Assembly: GCA_965644295.1 (NCBI GenBank)
Contig: CBFFRP010000668.1
Span: 1-64,000 of the forward strand
Direction of reading: 5' to 3'
Length of the DNA: 64,000 nucleotides
Source of the DNA: Paraphysomonas bandaiensis
Taxonomy: Eukaryota; Protista; Chrysophyceae
Shown here: positions 12,934 through 25,479 of the stretch, piece after piece
Layout: each line of letters opens with the position of its first letter
Numbering within the stretch: position 1 is the stretch's first letter
Program-made: the position numbers and the translations under genes
Notes under the pieces: generated by a model
Database searches by the model: none
What the model saw: only the letters and a program-made list of their open reading frames with translations
What the model was told of the DNA's origin: nothing

Positions 12934-13519
12934 TCCACTCCGAAACTATCGAAGAAAACACTCAACACAACTTATCGCCCCTCGATAACAGCACACAGTA
13001 AATTTGTAAGTTTGTCCCGATGACCTGAGGTGTTAGTGTACAATATGAACACTGTAGACCCGACGCTCGTTATGTCGAGGAAAGAATGCTCAGTGTACTT
13101 TCTGCATACAGCAGAGTGTATATATGTGTTGAGGGCAGCGTATATTTACGGTACGTGTATTCATTCTTCTTCACTGCCTCTGTCGCATCTGCATCATGTT
13201 TTTTCAGATGATGACGATTTTTCGGATGTTTCACATACAAATTTTCATTTCTGTATATATATATCTGTAAAATTATAAAAAACAGGATAAAACGTATGAT
13301 GCTCATGTGCACTCATGGTGTAGTTTGGGGTATGCGGTATGCTTTTTTTTGTGAATGCGAGAATCGAGAATGGACCACATATCTCCGTTTGCTTCGCAAT
13401 CATATCGCCTCACTTACCTGAAAATTCATGATACCGCAGTAGGACAACATCGGGCAATACATATCCAAACACCGGCCACGATCATCTCATCATAGCAAGT
13501 TTTTTCAGGCCGGACTCTT

Positions 13520-14595
13520 ATGAATATCCCTGGTGCAGATAGTATTGTGGAGGAGTATCTCATTCACAGAGGATTCACAAAGACCTTCCGTCACCTCCAG
13601 AATGAGAAAAGAGAAGATCGAACAAAGGGCTTCAGCGCCACTAGAATCGTTGAACAAATATTTTATTACATACACAATTTTGAGATGGAAAATTTTATAA
13701 ATTTATGGGATTTTCTTTCGAAGCGATTTTTCATGCATTTGGATCAAGAACACATTCTTTTGTTGAGCAAAGTAAAATCAGATTTGATTAAGTTTTATTT
13801 AGTAAATGCTATTAAGAAAAATCAAAAAGATAAAGTGACTGATTTCTTCACGAAGTATTCCCACGAGATTATAACGGAATCGGGAGATAGCTGTACTGGT
13901 TTACGCAGCTGGTATGTGCTGCCATATATGGAGGAACCTGAGAAAGACCCCGAGTTCATGGTATACTTCACTGTAAGGTGGTCAGAAATGCTTAGGGTTA
14001 CTTTGAATAATTTCCTATCGATGATACTACTTAATTCTCCTCCACCAAAGGTTGCATGGTTAATTACATTCTGTGTAGTTATTGTGATATTTTCGTGTAG
14101 TTACTTCTTTTGGAGCGCTGGTTTCGATCCGAAGCTCAGCAGGAAATGCGTATGCAATTGAAGCAAGCTTCTGAGAATGTGGAAAGTCTTTTGGCTAGAT
14201 TAAAATCCTACGAAGACCGCCTTATTACTCTGCATGGGGCTGTGAAAGACCTCGCGATGCAGTTGCACCATCACCACTCGCACATCACGGTCACTGATGC
14301 TACTGAGGCTGTGCGGAGAAGACGAACACCTAGTGTGGGTTTGTTTGAGACAGATGAGGATGCTGACAAAAAGCGGGAAGAAGTACGGAATCTTGGACAG
14401 GCTGTATGTCGCCTGGCTGCGGAATGTGTACAGAAGCGTGGGACACCTGCCCAGTCTGTAGGGGTGACAACCGGGAACAGAAGTGGCAGCAGAGTGTCGG
14501 ACGGTAAAAGATCTGTAGCAGAAATGAATACGGAAGAGATGGAGATACAGTTAATGCTGCAGCTGCAAGAATGGCTCAAAGCACTCAGTGTGTAA
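13520..14595 (+). CDS. WDR91 N-terminal (LisH/CTLH-like) domain protein without WD40 repeats; 2 exons
   Basis: DSIVEEYLIHRGFTKT, KFYLVNAI, WYVLPYMEEPEKDPEFMVYF recall the WDR91 N-terminus; intron 14051-14100 joins the two ORFs. Confidence 0.75.
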
Positions 14596-14980
14596 AAATA
14601 TTATGCGTGGTAGTGTAAAAAAAAAGATATGGTCTTATTTAGCTGTAGTGTTTTGGAACGGGTGCTGCGTTATATATTGTAGAAAATAGATATAACTGAT
14701 AGAATTTAGGAGTTATAATGTTGGTAGTTTGAATTGCTATACATCATCCTGTAAAAAGCAAGAGATACTAAACTCAATTACCTCTGACCTATGATACACT
14801 CTTGAGGGAAGATCATCACCTGTCACCTGTTGGGCTTAGGTTCATTTCAGAGGTCCAAGTACTGCAAACCAGGTCAGAGGATACTCCACAGTCAGAAATG
14901 GGTTTTAAGAGTCATCACATACATTTTTTCGTCTAGTTTTTCTCCAAACAGCAAAATATCGTGAAAAGAGTAATCTGTAG

Positions 14981-15277
14981 CAGGGCTGCGTAACAATTAA
15001 TTGAATTGCAATTAAATTGCATGGGATATACGTAATAATTGCAATTATAATTGCTCGCTGGAAGGTTGAAATTAAATTGCAATTAATTGGCAATTATTCA
15101 CTAATATTAGAAAGGTTGAAGATGCTATACGTGCTTGTAATGAGTAACTAAGTTAATGAGACAGTAATTGGCACTATTAAATTGCAATTATAATTGCGCG
15201 AGTTATAACTAATAGTTGCAATTTAATTGCAAAAAAACACTTGCAATTAAATTGAAATTAATTGTTACGCAGCCCTG
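14981..15277. mobile_element. hAT-type MITE (297 bp)
   Basis: TIR CAGGGCTGCGTAACAATTAATT at both ends; perfect 8-bp TSD ATCTGTAG; internal AATTGCAATT motifs. Confidence 0.92.
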
Positions 15278-15357
15278 ATCTGTAGACACAGTAATATTAT
15301 ATTTCAATTTCAATATTTCAAGCTGTATAGCTAATGCAACTTGCTATTGTACAGATA

Positions 15358-15832
15358 TGAATGTCTAATTATTTGCAGTAGATGTTTTAGAGTCTGAACT
15401 AATTCAGTGCAAAACTCTAATATCCTACTATGTAGCGCTACGAAAGCTACTTGTGCAAACAGGTACAACCACTTTCGCTCTATCGCTCAAAGCAAACGCA
15501 GTGAGCAACCAGAAAACTGATACATCTGACATTTGCTGACTTCAGGGTCAATAGCCCGGATGCTTGACTTCAGTAGGCAGCCTAATACCCCGGGTACCCT
15601 TGTGATGGACCCAGTCTGTTTATTCGTCAAGGCCCAAAGACGTCTACAGCCACGTCTACTACACAAGAGACACTTATTAGTGCCCCTTGTATCACACAAG
15701 CACTTGGCTATGAGTGGGCAGAACAATATATGCTGTCTATTCTTGTGGCTCACGTTAGTTTCCCGGAGAAATATCTCCGGTACTTATCTCCCAGAACACC
15801 AGGAAAAGGTGCGCGTCTGACTCTATTGAGAG
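15358..15832 (-). mobile_element. Near full-length copy of non-coding retroposon family X (SINE/SIDE-like)
   Basis: Collinear with 53924-54402 and, inverted, with 27027-27685 and 33860-34580. Confidence 0.8.
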
Positions 15833-16094
15833 TACTTTTGTAGCTTTACAAAATATAAATAATCATACACCACTGTATGGATTGCATCCGGGGAAACCAC
15901 CATGTGGTTACACGTTCCATGTTTTGAATATATAATTATGTTCCGTGTTATGTTCTATAATAATCATCACCATTAATAGGTTGAATCATTTATTAATTTG
16001 CCTACGTATTTATACCAAAATTTCTGTGCCTAAGTAATTCAACCAAGTTGACTAGGGGTATTAATATTCCGCTAATAGAGGGTGCTCTTGTCTA

Positions 16095-16322
16095 CCTGAA
16101 GTCAGCAGATGTGAGGTATATCAACATTCTGCTTGTTCGCTGCGTTTGCTTTGAGTGATAGAGCCAAAGTGGTTGCACCTTGGTGCTTACGGTTATGCAC
16201 AAGCAGCTTTCGTAGCGCTACATAGTAGGATATCAGAGTGAAGCACTAGTCAGTAAAGTTATAATGCTAAATTAGCGCCGACTCTTACACGCCTATTGCT
16301 AATAATAAGACACTCACTACTG
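16095..16322 (+). mobile_element. Family X, 5'-truncated copy
   Basis: CCTGAAGTCAGCAGATG...GCAGCTTTCGTAGCGCTAC...CTATTGCTAATAATAAGAC. Confidence 0.8.
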
Positions 16323-17172
16323 CTCTTGTATAAAGTATACTTAGAATAGTTTTGAGAAGTCAGTTTGTCTGTTGATTAACTTTACACTTATAGAAGCATT
16401 TGATCGTAAAATAGACATTCAATATGCTCTCGAAATGACGCATTAGATTTTCTGAACCAAACTTATTCTAGAATGAATCATGTGTCATGCACTGGTTGCC
16501 TATGTGTATTGATTGTAGCTAGCAAATGTTTTTAATAATCGCAAGAAAATTACAAAGAACTAACGACACAGAAGTAAGGACAACTTAATCCCTAATTTTC
16601 GATTCAAGTGTACATTGTGAAATTGACATGGGGCGATTCCAAGCCAACTGTAACTGGATTCTAATGGAGAATGAGAAGCCCAGTTCAGAAATACTGCCCA
16701 AATTGGCTACAAATTTGTACACGATGGAAGCACATCCCAGAGATGTGATAATCGATATCGACAAGTCGTAGCTATCAAACCACTACTCTTCTCATGGTTC
16801 CGGAGGGAAATATCTAGATATCTTCACGTGATATTCCAGTCTTGCTATGGGCCGGTATACGGTATTCGCACTGCGTATATTGATAATACGTGTACTTTTG
16901 CGACACAGAACTAGTCGTTGGAGGCTGGGAAATACACACGGTATACACTGCTGTATAGTGTCACGATGCGATACGTGATATGTGTGTCACCGACAGCAGT
17001 GATGTACCGAATATCAGCCAGTTGGCAGTTGAGCAGCAGTCATTGGAAATAGCAGATGCATCATGGCAGCACGTAGCTGAAGATTCTTCGCTTCTTGCAG
17101 CGTTTGACAATTACTTAGTATATAAGTAGGGAAATATTCTGACTGAAGACAGAGCGGAATAAAATATCTGAT

Positions 17173-19884
17173 ATGATTCTGTCCGGACCGAAATCATATT
17201 TTGATGACTATGTGAGGAAGAAAGACACAAAACGCACACTGAATGACCCCCCTTCTTTACTTACTGATCGTGGAGCTTACGTAAACTTTCTTGAAGTTCA
17301 GCTTGAAAGAGTTTCTGCAGCATGTTTGGGTGTACAGTCGTACGAACAGAGATTTAGCGATATGCAAAATCTCATCGTGAGTCTAGAACAGCGCTGTGCA
17401 AGCACTACAAGGCTGGTCGGACTGGCGCAGCAATGTACAGAGGAATTACGAAATCGAACTGAAGAAAAATTGGACAAAATATGTGACGAAACCAAAGCAG
17501 AGCATTGGGAAACCAGGAAAGTCATGGAAGCAATGTCAGCGCGAATTGCCGCTGTCGAATTTGCGGTGGCCGAAATTCCAGTTCTTCAGAGGCGTCTCGA
17601 TGAAGCAGATGCTAAATTTCGAGAACACGAGTCCCAGTTTCAAATGTTGAAAGACTTAGTTTTATCATCTAAACAAGAGTTAAGCGACCGGTTGGATTCA
17701 TCTGAGAAGAAACATTGTGATACGGACCAAGCTATACAAAGCTTAAAAACAGAAGATTCTAGGCAACAATTCAATCTTGAAGAACTAAATAGAACTTTAC
17801 GGAGTTCACTGTCTGAATGTGAAAGTCGAGTGCTACAAGCACTAAATGACAACAACGACATCCAGAGCCGCAATTTGAGTGCTGCAATGGCCAGGTCCAC
17901 AGAAGGCATCCAGAAACTTGAACTGGATGTTGTATCTCGCGAATCCGGATGTATGGCCGCAGTTAGACTTCTTGGTGAATCACTTCGTGATGAAGCCGCC
18001 TCTTTACGTGAGCGGTTCAATAAAAAAGTCGATGCTCTGGAGGACAAGTTTGTGAAGGATCTGGACAGTGAGGTGACCAAAGTGAACAACCGGATCACAG
18101 AGCATATTGCTGTGATTCATAATGACATCGACACACAGAAGCGTCTTCATACGGCGTTCACTGAGAGCAGCCGGCAGCAATTCACACAGTTGGACAGAGC
18201 CATAGGGTCTATCAGTAATGAACAGAGTGAGCTATACCGCACTACGTGCGAGCTGAAAAGAGCTGTGGAAATTAGTGACAGTGCCAGTTCTAGTGCTCTT
18301 GATGTGACAATGCCAGATCAAACGTCACAAAATGTGAGCATTGAAAAAAGTAACTGCTTTGCTGCTGGGCCTTTTACAAGTTCTAATGCAGAAGATGACC
18401 AATCAGAACGGAGTGGCATTTCGAGAAGTACTCTTCCTATGTCGTCTCGCGCTGAAGCCACTGTAAAAGAACGAGAGAAGTTGCAATCGCACAGGTCCTC
18501 GTCGAAGTTATCTAGCACTCAGTCTACCTTTCAGCATGCTGGAGGCGTGATGTTATCATCTGCACAGCCTGTGATGGAGGCTCAACATCAGAATCAAGTG
18601 AAGAAAATGTCTCATTCTTCTGAACAGCAGAATGACCCACAGCAGCCACTTCGAATGGGGAGACAGGAATACGATATACCACCATCCGCTTCCCGAACAG
18701 ATACCCAGCAGACCGCCTTCGCTGCAAGGAATGTTATTGGAGACCAGGTCGAAAGTGTAAAGTCCCATACATACCCCCATACAAAAGAGCTATCTTCGAA
18801 AGCTGTAGTGACTGGAAATTTAGTTCAGCATAAACAACAGAAAACAAATCGTGAACACGACGTGTGTGACAAGACAGAGCGATACATTGACTACATTGGG
18901 GGTGGACTTTATTGTGATAGTGATACAAGAGATGATGTCAGCAGACGCCGGGCTCTTGCACTCGGGCTGAAATATATTGGTACAGGGCTCTACGTAGATC
19001 CCGATATTGTTAAGTCCGGGGGAAGTTTTGAGGAGAGTAACAGGCAAGAGCATGCCGATGACAACGAAGGAAGCACTGAGGCGCGAAAACCTTCGCAGAA
19101 AATTCAGGATGATGATGCTACCACTGACCGCACCAAGCGTTTATCACGGCTGGGAAGCCGCTCTCCCTCCCGTCCACCACCTCCTCCTCCTGCAAGTACT
19201 ATTGATCAAAACGGCACTCCTCAATGTGAGAAGCGTCGGCAACTGGACGGGTCCTCACTTCGTGACAGTGAAATATCTGCTGCATTCGAAAAATTCTTGA
19301 AAATGTACCGACCGGAACAGAGGAACTCCATCAGCAGGTCAATGAATCACATCGCACTTCTTTTCTGACATCGTGTGTATATACTTTAGGGGGACTACTT
19401 CCAATTCAATTGATCTGGCTGATTCTCCGTCCAGTGAGAGTATATCTTGGTCTGATATACATGATTTAGGCGAAGGGGTTCACTCTGATAGTTATGATAA
19501 GGGTAACGTATTGTCAGAGTACATGTTATTCAAACAGCAGCAGCATCTAGTTCCATGGCAACCACCATCGGTAAGTCTCATTTAAGTTGGCCATGCTAAG
19601 TCTGATTGGTGTTCACATCGAAGAACATGAGGAAGCCTCAGGTCACTACACCTTCTCGAATCAGGAAAAGTTTTTCAACCAATGATGCTACGCAGTCAAA
19701 GTCTATGCCAACCACTTCTTCCACAGAAAATGCGTGTGATATGGCCATTTCTCTTGACGATTCCTCCACCATTTTCACCGAACACCGAATTAGCACCCGT
19801 GTAGTCGATAAAATTGCCCCAGAAAAGAGACATTACGCGGAACCTGCTCCAAGAATACAGGGAGCTTCTGCACTTGTAAAATGA
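17173..19884 (+). CDS. Uncharacterised coiled-coil protein, probably 3 exons
   Basis: 731-aa ORF with a heptad-rich N-half and low-complexity C-half; short downstream ORFs flanked by plausible splice sites. Confidence 0.7.
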
Positions 19885-20174
19885 ATGGAAGTAACAACTT
19901 CTGTGTAAACATTGTAGTCGCAATGAACTATGAATGCAACCGTAGTGTCATTTCCTATACTTGATGTGTCAGCGTGATATGGAATTGAATTAATTTATGA
20001 TATAGTTACAATATGAATGGATATTTTTTGTGATAAGCTATGGCGTGTGCCGTTATGGTCTATTCATGCGACACATTGCCTGTGATATAAAATCACCATG
20101 AAAACAAGCTCCTCATGAAATTCCATGTGAGTGAGTAAAAGAACTACGTGAAAAATTTTTTGCATTCTGCAATT

Positions 20175-20360
20175 AGTAGTGAATGTCTGCACTAGTGCAG
20201 CAAAACAATGAAATTAGCTAGTGCTTCACTCTGATATCCTACTATTTAGCGCTACGAAAGCTGCTTGTGCATCACCGCCAAGGTGCAACCACTTTCGCAC
20301 TATCATTCAAAACAAACGCAGTGAGCAAACAAAATTTTGATATATCTGCTGACTTCAGGA
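20175..20360 (-). mobile_element. Family X, 5'-truncated copy
   Basis: CTCTGATATCCTACTATTTAGCGCTACGAAAGCTGCTTGTGC core. Confidence 0.8.
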
Positions 20361-21750
20361 TTGTTGATGCTTTGAGGGTGTATTCTCAAATTAGCAGTTC
20401 ATTTTTCACCAATAACTTATCATACTTTCAGCATTCTTTTTGCGAAGTGTATAAACGTTTGGCATTTTGGATAGATAAACTGAAATATCTGAACGTTGAA
20501 TTCACTTAGTTCTCAATTAGTAACATTAAAATCAACAGCTCTCATCATTCATTATTGTTATTCGCTACATTTATATCTGGTGAGTTCTGCTGCTGTTTCT
20601 TGGGCACAGAGAATATTTTAGGGCCGCATAAGTTGTATTTTGTAATAAAAAGATTATTATATCTATCTGAACAAGTAGCGATTCCAACATTCTAGTATTT
20701 AGCCTATCAGGTATCAACCAGAATTCCTTCATAATGGAGAGCATTGTTTGAAGCTTGTGCTTGGTACCGTGGTGTAATGTACAATAACCATCGTTGGGAG
20801 TAAATACGAGAGCATCGGTATGCGCATATTGTGGTGTGTGAAAAAATAAGTAGAAAAGTCTTTATGCCAGTTCGTGACTGACTAGCTGGGGATAGCCTGC
20901 TGTAGGGATTAGAGTCAGACTGCAGGCTTACTCAATCTCGAATGAGGAACACAGTGTGTGTTACCACCTACGCGCTCTGATAAGGCGCGGTTGAAGTCTA
21001 CTAGATTAACGTACAACCCCTAGTAGGGTGGATTCTTTTGTAAAAGTGTTGATAAGAGACTTGACTGAGACTGCGCCGTTGTAGAAGTAGAGTCTTGTTG
21101 GTAAGGGCATTGAGAAGGAGAGTGTAGGGGTGGCTCCATAAGGGTGGTTCAGTGCGTATGGGGGATAAGTGCTTGTATCACTTGGTGGGGGAGGTTAGGG
21201 AATATGATCAGAATGAAAGTGATATCTAACAGTAATCGAATAGTTCCTTCTCACCACAAGAGGTGTGCGGCTCATGAGAGGGACACAACCAGTGGTTGCC
21301 TCGAGGACAACATAAGTGTCACTATAGTGAGAACAATGACTTCCACAAAGATACAGCACCTTCATCCTGCGCGGGATGGCACTTGGAATTACTACGCACG
21401 TTGGATGCATGCATGGGATACATGGACGTACATGTCCACTGCTGTGTGTGAAAACTGAGAGCCAGCCATGAACTGTATACCAGGTCTAGAGTGTCTGTAT
21501 ACCGCCGTATATGCTGGTTAGGCGTTTCACTTCGCTCATTCTTTGGACGTTTTATCGTTTCATTTTTTAGTGGAACATACACAGAGTCACACTGCCATGT
21601 CCGGATATGTGGACGAATAGTTTGCTTGCGTCCCGTTGTTCTCTCCATAGACAGACAGGACCACAATGCACAATGCAGACGGAGTTTCGTATCAATGTGA
21701 AGTGTGATTTTCGCGCAATACATAAAGCTTGATTTACACTTAGTAGCATT

Positions 21751-22862
21751 ATGGGTGCATCTGCTTCAGTTGATGGAATATCAATGGAGGAGTTCTCCCG
21801 ATTAAAGCGTGAATATGAGGTAGGCGTGGAAATTGACAAGGATGTTGGTATTTACATGTTGTTACACAGCTCAAAGCTGCAGAGGGGGTGAGCAATGAAG
21901 CTATTTATGATCACATGCAAAGTGTAATTCAAACCATTGGTACTTCAAAGCCGGTAGTCTCAATGGAGTTGCTCTCCCAGCAGCATGAGTGCAACAACTG
22001 TTCTCAAGAAATAGTGAACAGGGCTACGTTTGATTATTTAAGTGATTCTAATCACAAGTTGTGTGAAACTAAAGTTAAAATTGTAAACGCCTTGAAGAGC
22101 GTACTCCTCTCGAAAGGGATTGATGTGACGACTGATGTGTCTGTACCCTGTCCTATCGTTACTCCCCATCAGAACTTCGATAGCATTCTTGTACCCAGTG
22201 ACCACTATTCAAGACGACCAACTGATGTATATTATGCGTGTGATGCAGCCATGCTGCGGACACATTTGGCTGCGCACCTCGCAGACACAGTCAAGTCAGG
22301 TGTTCTGTGCTACTGTATGAGTGGTCCTGTATTCAGACGTCTCGAAGAGGATACTACCCTCTCTGAATTATCTCATCACGTAAGTACTTGCTAACTGTTA
22401 ATATAATTTTTCATTGTAATCATAGCTGGAGTTTGTTCGAATTTATGATGGCGAAGATGTGGAGAACGAGTTTGTCTCTATCGCTGAGGAAGTGGTGAAG
22501 GCCTCTCTGCAAGAGCCGAAGCTGCGGTGGGAAGAAGCTGACGAATTTCCTTACGTAAAGAACTCACTTATGTCGTTGGAGACATTGTATCGAGATAGTC
22601 CGCTTGAAGTTGCACAGGGTGGAGTCTTATCAGAAGAGGTGAGCGTATGAGTTGACGTGGTGATGTGTTGTGACATGGTTGTCAGATGTTGAAGGAGCTA
22701 GAGCAAGGCGGCAAATCGGGGTATATTATTAATTTTGATCTGGATCATTTAGCGATGATTATTCATTCTATTGAAAGCATAAAGTAAGTACAATGTTCCT
22801 TGTTGTTTTGAAGGTAATATATTTTCAGAGATTTGCAAGATGCTGGGAATTGTGCGCAATGA
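21751..22862 (+). CDS. Degenerate mitochondrial-type phenylalanyl-tRNA synthetase catalytic-domain paralogue with N-myristoylation motif (~307 aa, 5 exons)
   Basis: Exons 21751-21819, 21870-22379, 22426-22638, 22686-22783, 22829-22862 splice in frame; PIVTPHQNFDSILVPSDHYSRRPTDVYY..MLRTH and GPVFRR match the FARS2 type; starts MGASAS. Confidence 0.8.
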
Positions 22863-23252
22863 GAAGTCAACTTTTTTGCATCTGAATTAATGACTCGCAG
22901 TGTTAATAATTTATCGTCGTTAATGAATAGTATTGAATGGCAATATCAAGTCTAATCTGCTGCATTTGCTAGCTACAGAAAGTCGGAACGTTATTATTTC
23001 ATCTGTTAAAATAATTCACTCTTGTGCAATTGTAACATGAGCCATAATTGTTAGTGCCATCAAGCTGTATAAGCACATGCTTTTTGTGTACGCTCCTGTT
23101 GTAGTTGTGGTTGCATCTCGGATCAAGGAGACCGTCCTTGCACTACTTGAGCTCCTCAATCTCGTTCGAGTCTGGGGTTTACTCTGTCAAGATATGACAC
23201 AATTGGATGATTTACTAAGTTAACTGGAGGTTTATTTACTCATTAATCAAGT

Positions 23253-24012
23253 TAAGATAAGAGAAGATTATAAAAAATATAATAAGCGATATATCACGTT
23301 ATCTCTACTACCACTCATTTCTAGTACGATCTTACATCGTCATGATATCACTTCTCATAATACAGCTCATCACTACTGTATTCTTCGACTAACGGTCATA
23401 ATTCCAACACCTTAGTAAGAAAAGAGAAGATTATAAAAAATATAATAAGCGATATATCACGTTATCTCTACTACCACTCATTTCTAGTACGACCTTACGT
23501 GGAACCACTTTCGCACTATCACTCAAAGCAAACGCAGTGAGCAAGCAGAAATCTATCCGTTATATATCCCCAGAACATCACAAAAAGGTGCGAGTCCGAC
23601 TTTGTTGAGGAGTAATTCGACATCCAAAATACAAGGGGGGGGGGAAGGGTTATAAAAAGGGCTTGCCTCTTCCCCCCCCCCTTGTTTTTTCATCCAGGAG
23701 CCGGTAAAGTGTAAGGTGACTGCGACATCGTGAGAAATAACGATGTCTGCCTGAGTGGAAGTGGAATATGTTGAGTTTTGCTGTTTGAGCAATTAAAAGC
23801 TGTAATTCTAAGGTGTTGGAATTATGACCGTTAGTCGAAGAATACAGTAGTGATGAGCTGTATTATGAGAAGTGATATCATGACGATGTGCAAGCAGCTT
23901 TCGTAGCGCTACATAGTAGGATGTAGGATGTAGGATATCAGAGTGAAGCACTAGCTAGTAAAGTTATAATGCTAAATTAGCTCCGACTCTTACACGCCTA
24001 TTGCTAATAATC
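23253..24012. repeat. Rearranged TE debris: LTR-like remnant with 83-bp direct and 82-bp inverted duplications plus split family X pieces
   Basis: 23253-23335 = 23416-23498; 23334-23415 = reverse complement of 23808-23889; X pieces at 23500-23612 (-) and 23889-24012 (+). Confidence 0.85.
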
Positions 24013-24557
24013 AGAAATTCTTTATATTAATCTTCAAAGTACTTTGTTTTATGAAAACCTAGCCGTTAATTGTTAATTGGTAACAGGTATCAGGCCATCC
24101 CACCGCTTGTATGGTTATTTAGTATTCAGTTTCCCACCAGTTTGGTGGCCAGTAATTTTAACATTCTCACCACTTTAATGCCACTTTATATATATGACAA
24201 TACTGTTGTTAAAATGAGTCTCACCATAAATGTATTGCAATTCAACATATTGTTCCCTAGCCCTGCTTTATATGTAGGCAGTGAATTGTGTGTCAGCGTA
24301 GTTACTAATTCTTCAGCAAAGTGACATATCAGTAATTGTGTCTGCACAACGAAAAACATACGTATGGGCGTTACACATCGTCCTTACAATATTTCATGAA
24401 CACTGTTTAAGGCCGGGTGACGTACGTTTCATGTGAAATGCTTGAAGGATATTGCACATATTTATATACCACAGTTGTAAACATAGCTATATGATTACTT
24501 TATGTTGTTCATGCAAAAACTTTACCAAGTGTATGGCCTAGACTTTCGCCAACTAAT

Positions 24558-25008
24558 TTAACTACCAGTTACGTCACCGATGTAATATGTCGCCAAGACA
24601 TCGTCCGCACTAATGGGGTGTTGTGGGCCTCGAAATCCTTCTGTCGAATCACCACCAACATTATTGAGAATAGTATCACCGCCAGGATGAATGTCGACAT
24701 ATGTCGTTACATCATAGACCTGACTTTCAAGGGTTAGATATGACATAACACATGCATCTGGAACCAACCTTTCCTTCGACAATGATCCATGCATCCGTGG
24801 GAGAATTGTGTCTTGCAACCTCATCTAGAGTAAGATTTCCACGGAACACAACTGGACTTCCTTGTACAACTTCTTGTTCGGAGGCAGGCTGTTTGTCTGC
24901 TGTGGGTGTGGATGGCGTTGTTGGCTGCTTCTGAAAAAACACATAAAAAAGTGCTGTGAATACAACAAGAATTATAGCAACGACAACTGAATTCGACGCC
25001 TGTTCCAT
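24558..25008 (-). CDS. Cytochrome b5 with N-terminal membrane anchor; 2 exons
   Basis: EVARHNSPTDAWIIVEGK|VYDVTTYVDIHPGG...FRGPQH; intron 24768-24720. Confidence 0.93.
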
Positions 25009-25479
25009 TCCTAGACACGACCTACAGCTCTAAATTCTCGATGAGTTAGTTGCAAGGAGAGGAGAGTCCATGTGCACTGCTGCGTGATGGTGGAAATACA
25101 TCCACAATACAAGTACTACAACACCCATCGTCACCAGCACAGGAGTAGGTATGAGTGTGTACGTACCAAGTCTAGAAGTACCTACAGCTAGCAGAGTACA
25201 GTACATTATACAGCAGAATACATACTAGACCTGTAGAGTTGTACCGTTTGTACAGTGCTGGAAGAGAGTTGTTCGCAGTGAGAGCTGAGCTGAGTGCGGT
25301 GGGGATCTGGATCGAAGACTTGAAGAGGAGTGAACTGCATTGAAACGCACACTATCGTACTTGTTTAAACAGTATAGTGGGGTGTGATGTGCTGTATGAC
25401 AGTGTGGTAGGCGTTATATATCAGTAATGCTGGTGGACTCTAGTGTTCAATGAGTGCCGTCAGCTAAGCAGTAGTTCCG

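Noticed and set aside
16235-16252. Helitron-like CTAG 3' end for family X
   Set aside because: Homology among copies continues ~70 bp past CTAG and the tail is attached to LINE coding remnants.
20228-20270. Hammerhead ribozyme in CTGATAT..GTAGCGCTAC-GAAA of family X
   Set aside because: Core is CTGATAT, not CUGANGA, it is not adjacent to stem II, and it lies antisense to the LINE.
20860-21460. Possible tRNA-like motif or coding remnant
   Set aside because: No cloverleaf or clear A/B boxes; at best an unassignable retroelement trace.
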